Below the pieces are notes generated by a model, which was not told the DNA's origin, did no database searches, and saw only the letters and a list, made by a program, of their open reading frames with translations. DNA of 64,000 nucleotides, taken from contig NC_068982.1 in assembly GCF_001194135.2 (NCBI RefSeq), forward strand, positions 166,617,138 to 166,681,137. The letters run 5' to 3'. Both the position numbers and the translations under genes were made by a program. Below are positions 14,068 through 25,368 of this stretch, piece after piece. How positions within the stretch are numbered: the first letter of the stretch is position 1; every line of letters begins with the position of its first letter. Origin of the DNA: Octopus bimaculoides. Lineage: Eukaryota.

Positions 14068-15290
14068 TCTATATATATAAAAATGAGAATGTGTGTGTCT
14101 GTCTGTCTGTCTGTCTGTCTGTGTGAATCCCTAAAACTCGAGAACTACGCAACCAATTTCATTCAAATTTTACAGATGCCTTACTTAGGGTTCCAGTTGT
14201 GTTTTAGTCAAAAAAAATTTTAACTTCTTGCAGAGTTCGAGCCCACAGCAACATATCTCCTCCACTATTTAAGTATTACGTGTCAAAAGTGAAACAAAAA
14301 CACTCATGTCAAATACTTTCACTTTAAAAATGAAACTATNNNNNNNNNNNNNNNNNNNNNNNNNNNNNNNNNNNNNNNNNNNNNNNNNNNNNNNNNNNNN
14401 NNNNNNNNNNNNNNNNNNNNNNNNNNNNNNNNNNNNNNNNNNNNNNNNNNNNNNNNNNNNNNNNNNNNNNNNNNNNNNNNNNNNNNNNNNNNNNNNNNNN
14501 NNNNNNNNNNNNNNNNNNNNNNNNNNNNNNNNNNNNNNNNNNNNNNNNNNNNNNNNNNNNNNNNNNNNNNNNNNNNNNNNNNNNNNNNNNNNNNNNNNNN
14601 NNNNNNNNNNNNNNNNNNNNNNNNNNNNNNNNNNNNNNNNNNNNNNNNNNNNNNNNNNNNNNNNNNNNNNNNNNNNNNNNNNNNNNNNNNNNNNNNNNNN
14701 NNNNNNNNNNNNNNNNNNNNNNNNNNNNNNNNNNNNNNNNNNNNNNNNNNNNNNNNNNNNNNNNNNNNNNNNNNNNNNNNNNNNNNNNNNNNNNNNNNNN
14801 NNNNNNNNNNNNNNNNNNNNNNNNNNNNNNNNNNNNNNNNNNNNNNNNNNNNNNNNNNNNNNNNNNNNNNNNNNNNNNNNNNNNNNNNNNNNNNNNNNNN
14901 NNNNNNNNNNNNNNNNNNNNNNNNNNNNNNNNNNNNNNNNNNNNNNNNNNNNNNNNNNNNNNNNNNNNNNAAATGAGACGCATCTTTGCCTCCACTGATT
15001 CACTTGCAAAGTGTTGAGTAAAATTATTTCGTTGCAGACATCCTTTGGGTCTTTTTATTATCACTACGACACACATAGTCCCCAGTTGGTAACATTGATT
15101 TCAAGGCCCTCCTAGATGAGAGACTGGCATTCCACTTAATGTCTATGTTCCATGCTGGCATGGATTGGAGAGTTATTAATGTAGAAATATGGTATCGTAG
15201 CTACTAACAGTTGAGGGTTGCGTAGTCTAGACGGCGTTTTTAGATTTCATTATTCTCTTTAACCCGGGCAAAGCCGGGTATTTCTGCTAG
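14068..15290 (+). mobile_element. Non-autonomous Helitron spanning an assembly gap
   Basis: 5' TC(TATATATAAAA) after A; internal (GTCT)n; 3' hairpin CCCGG-gcaaag-CCGGG (15263-15278) followed by CTAG|T. A|T insertion with no TSD. Confidence 0.7.
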
Positions 15291-16567
15291 TAGCATATAA
15301 ATATTGGGTTGCAAAAATCCTTTTTGGATAGTAAAAGTCAAAGGCTGTTCACTGGACTCATAAACTGTATGTTGTACTCAATACTTTTTCTAGAGTACAT
15401 AATCTATCTTTACCAGAAGAGTGGTGACAGTAACTTCAAAGTTCTGGCCAGCTAACCTTCATCAGACTGTCTGATGGGTGTTCTTCCTAGACTCTGAAGG
15501 AAGACAATGATGAACTTAGGTCACTGATGATAGAATGGGATATGTGGCACATCTGTGATCATGCCCAACAAAAGTGAAAATTGTGAACTGTTGATGATGA
15601 TGATATAAAACTCTAATGGACCATTAAAGATCAGTACTTAACACTGACTTCATTGTTTTGTAAATGAATATCCTCCTGGATAGGATGTCAGTCTCTTTCA
15701 TAACGTTTCTTGGTTTCTAGTTACAATTCATGACAGCTAGGTGAACTAATATAATCAAGATTAAGAGCATTGCTACACTGCACAGTTTATTTACTGAATG
15801 GAATGCATGCAGTATATTTGCATCTTGAAACTGATGAACTGAGAGTTCAACAATACTTTATATCTCCAGCTATATTGAATACACCACATTGCTGTTTTAT
15901 ATCTTACTATGGAACAAAACAAGGTTTTCTGTTTAGAAGAAAATACATTACTTGTATTTTAGGCTTTCACTATAGTAATCCTTGAAAAACAAAACACCAA
16001 AAGTCTCCTTGAATTTTAGTGATTATATTCTTTTTTTCCATACAGTACTGAGTCAATGAAAGAGCTTCTATATATTTTGCACAACTTAGATGCTACAGAA
16101 AAACCTCATTAAACAAACTCCTTATTTTAATCCCTTGCATGCTATCACATATGTCAAGGTCTGCACAACCTGAGCTGAGAGATACTAAAAAATAATGTTA
16201 TTCTTTACAGTACTCTTCCATAGTTAATTATCGCAACTTTAAAAAAAAAATGTACTTTCGTGATTCAGTAACCTACTTCCTTGTCACAAGTGCCATGTTC
16301 ATGTGAGTTTTTAGATCAAGCATTTCCTCTTCTCACACAAATGTAAAATAACAGAATTGTAGTATGATTAGTTTGTGTACATTATGAAATATTACTCTTA
16401 ATACACACAAAGTATTTTGCTTAATGTCTATAACTCTAGATCTAGATTCTTGCTCACTTCTTAATTATATAGTATTCATATAAAATTATCTTCAGTTCAT
16501 TAGCAGTTCTGACTGCTATGTAATTTGCTTGAAAATTAGATTTAGTTAAAAAAATAAATCCATACAC

Positions 16568-16612
16568 CAGCAATTCCGCTCCCCCCTCCTCCACTATCGG
16601 TTATGACATTTC
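16568..16612 (-). CDS. Candidate 45-nt phase 1-1 internal exon (G-NVITDSGGGGSGIA)
   Basis: Acceptor tatttttccacatctcag|; donor |gtgtat (or |gtatgg 2 nt later); only one frame open; GC/CpG-rich patch within CpG-poor DNA. Confidence 0.35.
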
Positions 16613-17744
16613 CTGAGATGTGGAAAAATATGTATTGTATTTATTTATCTATACAGGGTGTGCAACACAAAAACTTCCTATAATTTTATCACCATACTCT
16701 GCTGTTAATGTGAAAACAGTACCTTTATGTAGCTCAAGTGTTACTGCTTTCTTAGGTACTGGTGCACATCAAGTGTTTACTTTTGAAAACATCAAGAATA
16801 CAGAATCTGGGCTGTTGTTTTTTTGTTTTTTTTTTTGCAACACTCACAATACCATTAGGAGTATTTAAAAAGAATTAATCCTCCCCCATATAAAAGAAGC
16901 ATTAGTTAAAGAAATAATCAAGCTGGGATTATCAAGCGAGACCAACAAACCAATAGTTTATTCTACGTGGTTTTTACTCGTTACTTGGGTTTAGTGTAAA
17001 GTGTTTAATGCATTGGTCATGTGATGATAATTATTTTACAATCCTTTTGTCACACATTTCAGTTAAAAGTATAGAAAATTGAATCTATCAATATTTATTT
17101 CACAGCTCTTCGATGTTATTCATGCTTAATTACTTTCTGCTAATATTTTCCCATAAACTCTTCAAACAACCTATAAAACAACATTTAACACAAATGAACT
17201 GGAGCAATAAATCCTTTTGTTAGAAAGATTTGAGGCAATGTTCTTTTAGGAGTTTTGTTAATATTTCTTCTGCCTGGTTATAATGTCATTTTTGGTTCTA
17301 TACAAACATTTTTTGAAGAAATAAAGACTTAGTTTTCTTTAAACCAATCCTGAACAGTTTGCATTTTTAGAAGACCAAAGAAGAAAAGAAAACAAATCGC
17401 ATAAAATAAATTGAATATTAAATGTAGAATGACATTAAATGAAGAAAAAATAAAAGAAAAACACCTTTAACTTGCAAAATAGAAGTGACATAGCTTAGTT
17501 CAGAGTGTTTAGGAAAATAGCCTTCAAGAAAGAAAACTGGTTATTGAGAGAGAGAGGGAAAGGGAATGCATATATGTAATTATATATACATATCCATCTA
17601 TTAACAGGGTGCAGCAGAAAAGTTTCTCATAGGTCTTTTTGTCATACCCTGCCTCTAATAAAATGAGGCAGGTGATAATGGTATCTTAATGCAGCTAATG
17701 TTTTAGCATTTGGGCTTTTTTTTTTTTTTCAAGGTACTACCAGG

Positions 17745-18200
17745 GTTTGGACCAGTGCATACTATGCATTTGCTGGTGAAACATTTATCAAGAGATTCGT
17801 ACAAGTCCAACAATTTGAGGATCAGTTGCATGAAGTGATCAGTATTGCAAGACTGTGTGAGAGAGAACCAAGATCTTTGTGAGAAGTGTATTCAGAATGA
17901 TGAAGGCATACTCACCATAGATATGGAAGACAAGAAAGTAGCATGGAAGTGCTATTATGGGAGGCTGCTGAATGTGAAGAATACATAGGATAAAGAGGGG
18001 CTACCTTATACTGACCTTACAGAGAGAGAGAGAGAGAGAGAGACCAGTAATTTAAGTTGACAGCAGTATAATAGATAAAGCAATTAAAAACATGAAGAGA
18101 TGAAAAGCTGCAGGTCCATCAGTGATGGTTGCAAAGATGCTCAAAATATCTGGTAGGGTAGGATACATGATTACCACCTGACTAGTTAATTAAGTTACAC
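17745..18200 (+). mobile_element. Degenerate RTE LINE fragment (EN-RT linker)
   Basis: KKVAWKCYYGRLLNVK and MK..KAAGPSVMVA..L-like residues. Confidence 0.55.
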
Positions 18201-18779
18201 AGGAAGGTGCCATACCCAATGATTGACATTTACCTAATTCATCATAGTTTTAATATCCATTTTCCATACTTGCATTGGTCAGATGGATTTCAATGAGGCA
18301 GATTTTCTACAGCTGAATGGCTTTCGCATTGCCAGCTGTTTCCAAGCATGGTAGTACTTCACCATAGCTGGAGATGTTTTTACAGAAGATGGGAAACAAA
18401 AGGCACTGCTTGCATGACCATGACACACAACTATCACACAAACACACATGCATATGATGGGCTTCTCTCAGCCTCTCTATACCAAATCCACTCACAAGGC
18501 TTAGTCTGAAGCTGTTGTAAAAGACACTAGTCCAAGATGCCACAATGACACTGCACCCAAAAACATATAGGAAGCAAGGACAACAGACGTTAAATGATGA
18601 GGATGATGATTCTAATGGAATTAAATCTGAGACTTATGCTGGTCACTGCAGCACTCATTTTTGTTTTTACTTTTGGTTAATTCCTTGATTATTCAATCAC
18701 TATGTTTTAGGTCATTTTCTACAACCTGCTCAGATGACTCTTGGCATATGGAAGTCTTTTTCTTTTTTTAAAAGGTATC

Positions 18780-19250
18780 CAGGCAGGCTGTGTTGTTGAT
18801 GATGCCCTTTTTCAAACATGAAACTCCATGCCATGACATTGCAACCACCATGCTTGTGCTCTTGGTGAAATTCTCCTACATGATGTTGGATGTACACTCA
18901 GCCATCAAAGCTGGACAAGTTATATTTCAACATATTCATCACAAGATTTGTAACCAAAACTTCTTAAGCTGATTTTTGATAGTAGTGATGTGAATTTGCA
19001 TGTGGTATTTCTGTCAAATGTTATTCAAAATGTCAGTAGTGGTCATTTTCTTGTTCTCTTTCACAGTTAGTAAATATATTGTTCCATCCTTTCAGTTGTT
19101 CTTTAAAGCTGTTTTGCTCAAGACATCAGAATAGTATCCAACTTCAGCTCTGGCTTGTGAAGACCATATCAGATTATGCAATTGGACAACTCTAAATTGC
19201 ACCCCTTATGGTGAACTTTTTAGCTTAACCATCACAGCAAATCTTAGGAT
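18780..19250 (-). mobile_element. Tc1 transposase remnant
   Basis: Minus strand reads FDG*VYIQHHVGEFHQEHKHGGCNVMAWSF, resembling the Tc1 KHGGGSVMVW motif. Confidence 0.5.
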
Positions 19251-19283
19251 GATATAATCAAATAGTTATTAATAGTTTGTCTT

Positions 19284-19789
19284 GCATTATTTATATTTGA
19301 CAGATAATTATCCTCATCTTGTTTGTCGGCTGATATACCCTCCAGCCTTCATCAGGTGTCTTGGGGAAATTTTGAACCTGGGTTCTCATTCCTAAGGGTT
19401 TTTTATTTTTTATGTTGTTATTATTATTATTATTATTATTATTAAGGCCACTGCCTGGAATCAAACTTGGAATCTTGGGGTTAGTAGCCCGTGCTCTTAA
19501 CCACCACACCATGTGCCCATGGTGTAGTGGTTAAGAGCACGGGCTACTAACTCCAAGATTCCGAGTTCGATTCCAGGCAGTGACCTTAATAATAATAATA
19601 ATGTCAAAAAAAAAAAACCCTTAGGAATGAGAACCCAGGTTCAAAATTCCCCCAAGACACCTGATGAAGGCTGGAGGGTATATCAGCCGAAACGTTGTGT
19701 TAACAACAAACAAGATGAGGACAAATATCCGTCAAATATAAATAATGTAAATAATGTACATAATTCCTCATCTCTTAAATATAGAACTG
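19284..19789. mobile_element. Fold-back non-autonomous Penelope-like element with tRNA-like head and hammerhead ribozyme
   Basis: Head-to-head inverted arms centred near 19515. Each arm has A/B-box-like head TGGTGTAGTGG...GAGTTCGATTCC, then (AAT)n, then a CTGATGA-containing tail. Flanked by the direct repeat TAGTTTGTCTT (19273-19283 and 19790-19800). Confidence 0.75.
19656..19701 (+). ncRNA. Minimal type I hammerhead ribozyme (Penelope-type)
   Basis: GACAC-CTGATGA-A-GGCTG[GAGGGTATAT]CAGCC-GAAAC-GTT-GTGTT: stem I GACAC/GTGTT, stem II GGCTG/CAGCC, palindromic loopless stem III AACGTT, NUH triplet GUU. Confidence 0.75.
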
Positions 19790-20399
19790 TAGTTTGTCTT
19801 AGTATAATATTGAATATTAAAATTAAGATACTTGGCGGTATTAATAGAGGTACTGAATGTACCTCTATGAATGCCTGAAATATCTGTGCAGTTTGGGATT
19901 TAATATTCAAGATGTGGAATCCACTAATGACATCAATAGTAATTGTATAATGAGATTTATATAGTCATATTTGGTTGAAATGAAGATCATATAATGCAAT
20001 CCCAATGTATACTAGGGTCTAATCTCTCTTTCTATCTGACATTTACATAACATTTCTTACACAAACATAACATTTCTTGCTCAGTCATATACATTAAAGA
20101 TAAAATACTTTTCTTTAAGCAAACTGATCTTCAAAGATATTACATTCAGTCTTTTGAACATTCAATCTTTTTAGTTTTCTCTCAAATTATAATGTATCTA
20201 GGATTACATTATTATCCAATGTGTTTTGCATTTTTTAAATACATATGATGCAATTTAAGGAATATTTGACTGCTATATCTCTCAGGCCAAGTAATGACAT
20301 TTAAGGTTCCTCTTGCTGACTTTTTTGTTAGGTAAAACTGATTTTGATGCTATTCAAGCTGAAATCATTGAGCGACTGAATAACCACCTCCAATTCTTT

Positions 20400-20900
20400 T
20401 GTCTATTGTTCCTGCTGTACATAAAAGAAACATCATTGAAATAAAATTGACATGATTATATCTGATTTCTCAATTCTTCCCGATCTTCTGTTAATTAAAC
20501 GTTAATGCTGAGATCATCCAGATCAGTAAGTCTATCCAGCATTTCTTTGGATGTTCACCTGGAAAGCCGACCACTATCTTTTTTGGCCACCAAAACCCAG
20601 TAAAGAATTCTGGTCTATACATTCAATTCAAAACAGTTATTCCATGTAAGGAATCTTAAGAACAAGTTATCAGTGTTTTCATTCATTACCATAATCCTTA
20701 AGGTCAGTATTGATCCTAAGGACCAACATTTGCTTGACCTTTCATGATATTGCTTTTATGACAATCATAATAAAGTAAGGGGTTTAAAACTGATCATTAA
20801 TGCACAAATTCTAACAGGAGTTTCAGAGCTGGATTTGTTATTTGCATTAAGATGCATCTATATTCAATATCTAGTGCATCTTAACATGCACTCTTTTACA
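20400..20900 (-). mobile_element. Very old LINE RT remnant
   Basis: LDRLTDLDDL...TEDREELRNQI and KELEVVIQSLNDFSLNSIKIS resemble the RTE LD.ADD..L...EEL region. Confidence 0.35.
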
Positions 20901-21322
20901 TACACCTAATTTTTCTTTACTTACATACAAGAGAAACTCTCAAGGCACTGGAGCAAACACCTCCTCATGGTCATCAGAAGTTAAGAATAAACTCCCTTTT
21001 GTAGTAAATCATCAAATCTAGAGTGTTGCAGTTTTAACCATCTTTATTGTTCTAGATATTTACTGTCAATATCATTCACCAAATGACACTATTACTAATT
21101 GGTAGATTTTTCACACTACTGCTGGATATAATGACTACTATAATGACACAAACACACAATGGAGAGACAGAGACAGAAAAAGAGAGACACAGAAATTTCT
21201 AGTATTTTTCATCAGACTAAAATAATCTATTTTATTGTAGGTTTATAGAAGAACATGAACATGCAATGGAATTTGGACAGTTGTTGATTCAGTATCAAGT
21301 CTGTGAAGTTAAGGTGCTAGAC

Positions 21323-21680
21323 CAGTGGTTCCTAACTTGGGGTCCACAAAGGTAGTACTGGGGGTTTGTGAACTAAATACGAAATTTCATATATATATAT
21401 ATACTCATAAGATACAGTGTATATTTAAACACATAAGAGGAATACACTCATGGGATTCCTTACGCTAGAAAGAACAGCTAGGTTCTATAACCACAAAATG
21501 TGGTTATAGAACCTAGCTGTTCTTTCTAGTGTAAGGAATCCCATGAGTGGATTCCTCTTATGTGTTTAAATATACACTGTATCTTATGAGTAATTCATAG
21601 TCTTTGGACTAAATTTGTATGCGCTAGGTCACTGGAATTGAAAATCTTTATTAATTTTCATTTCCCTTCGATATGATTAA

Positions 21681-21729
<49 letters not shown>

Positions 21730-21790
21730 TAAGCATATCAAAAGGGGTCTGTGGGAAAACTCATTGAAATAAAAGGGTTGGGAACCACTG
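21323..21790. mobile_element. hAT (Charlie-like) MITE containing a 94-bp-arm hairpin
   Basis: TIRs CAGTGGTTCC / GGAACCACTG; degenerate 8-bp TSD tgctagac / taccagac. Confidence 0.7.
21402..21592. repeat. Near-perfect inverted repeat, 94-bp arms, AAA loop
   Basis: Arms 21402-21495 and 21499-21592 differ at about 2 positions. Confidence 0.95.
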
Positions 21791-22740
21791 TACCAGACCA
21801 CAGTGAAACCTTGCACTAACCATTGTAATGTGCTCCTTTTCATAGGAATTTAATTAAAACCATTTGCCAGGTTTAAAAGAAGGCCTGCTTCTTAATTCAA
21901 TGGTTACTGATCTGAAAAAGTAACAAAGTCGACTTTCTCTAGCAATTTAAATGTAAATCTCTAAAGTTATAAACATCAAAGCACTCATGCTAGCAGAGAT
22001 AAAATTGAATACAAACTTATCTGAAAGCCATTAAGTTTCATTTATTGTTTCTAACTTTAATACATTTATTTTAGACAGAATACTGATAAAAATACGATCA
22101 CAGGCATTATATTGTGATACAAAGCAATGTTATTCTGTATGTCTTTGTTAACTATAACTGGAATGAAACAGGTCTACACATATTGTTCTATAGAGAGGCA
22201 GCTATATTCTCAGATATTGGGGAACCAAAACCACAAGCCAGTTTTAAACTCCCAGTTGCATTTCTTAAGAGGTTGCTAATACACTTTGGAAACACATCAC
22301 TATTGTTCCTCCACAAAATAATCTTAGAATTCATCATTTTGTAGGAAGGTCAGCAGGAAGACACTCTAGGGAAACACAATAACAGTATAGATGTTCTGTT
22401 AATTAGAAGTGAGTAATAGGGAAATTATTAAATAGTAAATATCTGCTCTCGACAATTCATATAAAACTTCTATGCAAAACCAGCTAATCTAATGCAATTA
22501 GTGAATAATGGATGCAAAACAGTGTGCCCCAAAAATAATTAGTCTTTTAAGAAAATTTCTTATTATTAGTGTGCGTGTGTGTGTTTGAGATGTCCAATTT
22601 GCAACCATGTGGTTTCAGGTTCGGTTTTTCTATGTAACACCTTTCATCATTGTTCTTGTGTATGGAATTTGAAAGACGATCGCTGTTGAACCCTGTTGGG
22701 GGGACCATTACTGTTTTATAAGTGGTAGACAATCTGTTAC

Positions 22741-23306
22741 CCAGTTTAAAGCCACCACCTAGCCCTTGTGTGCCTTTAGCAGAGTCATCTCAGCAGTCAT
22801 GCCAATTTGTCTGATTTGAGGATACTTTCCTCCGGCTAGCCTTGGAAGCCCTGAGAATGATCATAGACGTTACTCATTCTTCTCTGATTGATCCATAACA
22901 AAAAAAAAAAAAAATTACCAAGTTTCTAAAGTACAAACTAAATTATCTTTCAACATTAAAGTAACCGTCTTTCAGCCATTGCCAAGTGATTATCATTTTT
23001 CTCAATAAGCTCTACAACTATTATTACAAGTTTTATTAGACATTGTAATTTTCTACTAGACATTGCATCTCATATAAGCCAATGAGAGTTCTCTGGCATA
23101 TATGAAACAGAAAAGCTCACTGGGTGGTAAACATTAATCCTTACATGGCTTAACATCATCACCACTGGGCCTTTGGGTGCCTTTAGCAAAGTCTAGTCAG
23201 TTGCAAGCATTCAGCTCAGGTTTGAGGCTAACTTTCCTGCACCAGTCTGAGAGGCCTTGAAATAAAGCCAGAGGCACTGTACTTCTTCCTCTGACTAAGC
23301 CATACA
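22741..23306. other. Two diverged, collinear, about 150-nt non-coding paralogues (22741-22900 and 23145-23306)
   Basis: Shared blocks CACCAC, GTGCCTTTAGCA.AGTC, TTTGAGG..ACTTTCCT and TTCTT.CTCTGA...CCAT(A)ACA; all minus-strand frames contain stops. Confidence 0.6.
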
Positions 23307-25148
23307 CATGTCTACAATTTTTTTTTTTTTCCTGTTTTTATAAAAGTTAAAGATTATATGGTAAAATATATATATATATAAACGTTTATGTATTTGTTTT
23401 GCAAGATTCTTGATGTGAAAAATGGAGGAAACATGGGACAAACTAAAAATAATACAAATAAAAACTAAAGTGAAGATCAAATAAATAGTGTAAGTGTTTA
23501 ATCATGCAAAGAAAAAAAATTACTATCACCAAGTATAACAATAGATATATATATAAAACATCACCATTATTTTCATGTCCACTCTTCCAAACTTGCATGC
23601 ATTAGACAAAACTTGTCAAGACAGATTTTCCATGGTGAGACATTCTTGCTGTCATCAATTCTCACTTCTTTCCAAACAAGGTTATATTTTTTATTAGTCC
23701 TTTGAACAATGAACAGCTCAATAGCTGGACATGCTTTTAGGACACTACTTATATGAATGGTGATTTTGTTTACAATCAGTAAAAATCCCTTTCGGTCATG
23801 AATGAATAACCATGAGATTGCACCTAGAAAGCTACCCTCCAAAGCACAAGTCTGGGCAAGGTTTTTTTTTAATGGAAAACCAACAGTCACCCATGCATAC
23901 CAGCCTCCCCTCTCCACGCCACCAATGTTATCCAGAGGAAAAGTAAAGGCTGATGCAGCTTGGCACCAGTGACATTGCAACTCATTTCTACAGCTGAGTG
24001 AACTGGAGCAACATGAAATAAAGTGCCTTGCTCAAGAACACAACACACAGCCCAGTCTGGGAATTGAATTCACTGCACTTCTAACCACTGAGCCATAGCA
24101 CACAAATTTTAAGGGAAGGGGGAATCCACATATATACACACACATACATAACTTGTTTCTTACAGATTACGCCTATTAGATTCACTTACAAGGAATTGGT
24201 TTACCAAGGGATACAGTATAAGACACTTTACCAAGGTGCAGTGCAGTGGGCCTGAACCTGAAACCATATGGCTGAAAAATGAATTTCTGTAACCACACAG
24301 CCATGCCTGTGCCTATATAATTTTTAATAAAATATGTAGTAGAATAAGATGATGATTTCACATACCAATCAGTACTTGAATAGCAAAGCTATCACTTATT
24401 GGGTGACAAAGTAGCAAAAGCAACTTACAGTGCCAGATTCTAAGAAGACAGACTGGAAAATGCTCTGAAGTGTAACTTGCAACATTGTCATTTGACAAAT
24501 ATGTATCTTCAGTTTCATCAGTAGGTCTGTTGATCTTCACTTTCTCAAATTGCTATTTCTAATGTCTAATATCATTCATTTATTATTACAACCATTCACT
24601 ATCACTTCACATCTCTTCAGTAGTGTAGCTACACACACACAAACACATAATTAAGTGGTATTAATTGCATTCTTATCACAATTAAATTCTTCTTCTGATA
24701 GCATTTTGGATTCCATAAATTACTTTTCTAAAAACTGAAATAACTGAAACAATTTAAATTTACGGTGTCCCAAAATAATTAATTAAAAGACTTTTCCCGG
24801 TGGTGCTATTGAGTTAGTCATTGCCTGGGCTGATAATGGCCGAAAACCAATCTAAGTTATCTAAGTTACGACCACAATCAAGAAGATCGCAGTTAACAAC
24901 TATATATTTACAACCCTGACTATATTAATTTCAACATCACTATAAATATACATTATGAATGGATTGGCATGGGAATAAAATTTGACCATTTATACAAGAA
25001 TTATACCCACAACTACCTATGAACTAAGAGAAAAGGATTATACTCTTTGTTGACAAGGGTTAAGAAGACAGAAACATTTTAAGTTGTCTCCTTTAATTGC
25101 CAGGAAATAATGTTAGCTAACTTCTATTTTTCTAATTGCCATACTTAA

Positions 25149-25368
25149 CCCTTTAGTGTTCAGATTACTCAGTTAAATGTAACGCTTATTTATTCACATT
25201 CTTTTGAATTAGTCATGCATTATCTCATAGCTGTGAGATTTCAATGATGTGATTGCTGGCTTTTAGTATGACATTGTAGGGTAGGTTTAAGAGACTGGAT
25301 TTGGCCAGTTTGAGCTTTAGACAAGTAGAATATTTTGGCCAGATATGGCTGGTTTAAATGATAAAGGG
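25149..25368. mobile_element. piggyBac-type MITE
   Basis: TTAA|CCCTTT ... AAAGGG|TTAA; related inverted copy at 7943-8151. Confidence 0.7.

Noticed and set aside
19519-19590. Possible tRNA-Ser gene
   Set aside because: Poor acceptor and anticodon stems, ACT anticodon, and embedded in a mobile element; it is a SINE-type head.
20330-20650. Exon-like stretches on both strands (e.g. KTDFDAIQAEIIERLNNHLQ, PEFFTGFWWP)
   Set aside because: Another minus-strand frame reads as a decayed LINE RT (LTDLDD...EEL), which better explains the open frames.
22741-23290. The paralogue pair as mutually exclusive coding exons (143 and 146 nt, with splice-like ends on minus)
   Set aside because: All three minus-strand frames of both copies contain stop codons.
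24358-24540. Minus ORF KINRPTDETEDTY...RIWH with a GTAAGT donor
   Set aside because: No polypyrimidine acceptor for the full stretch and no recognisable homology.
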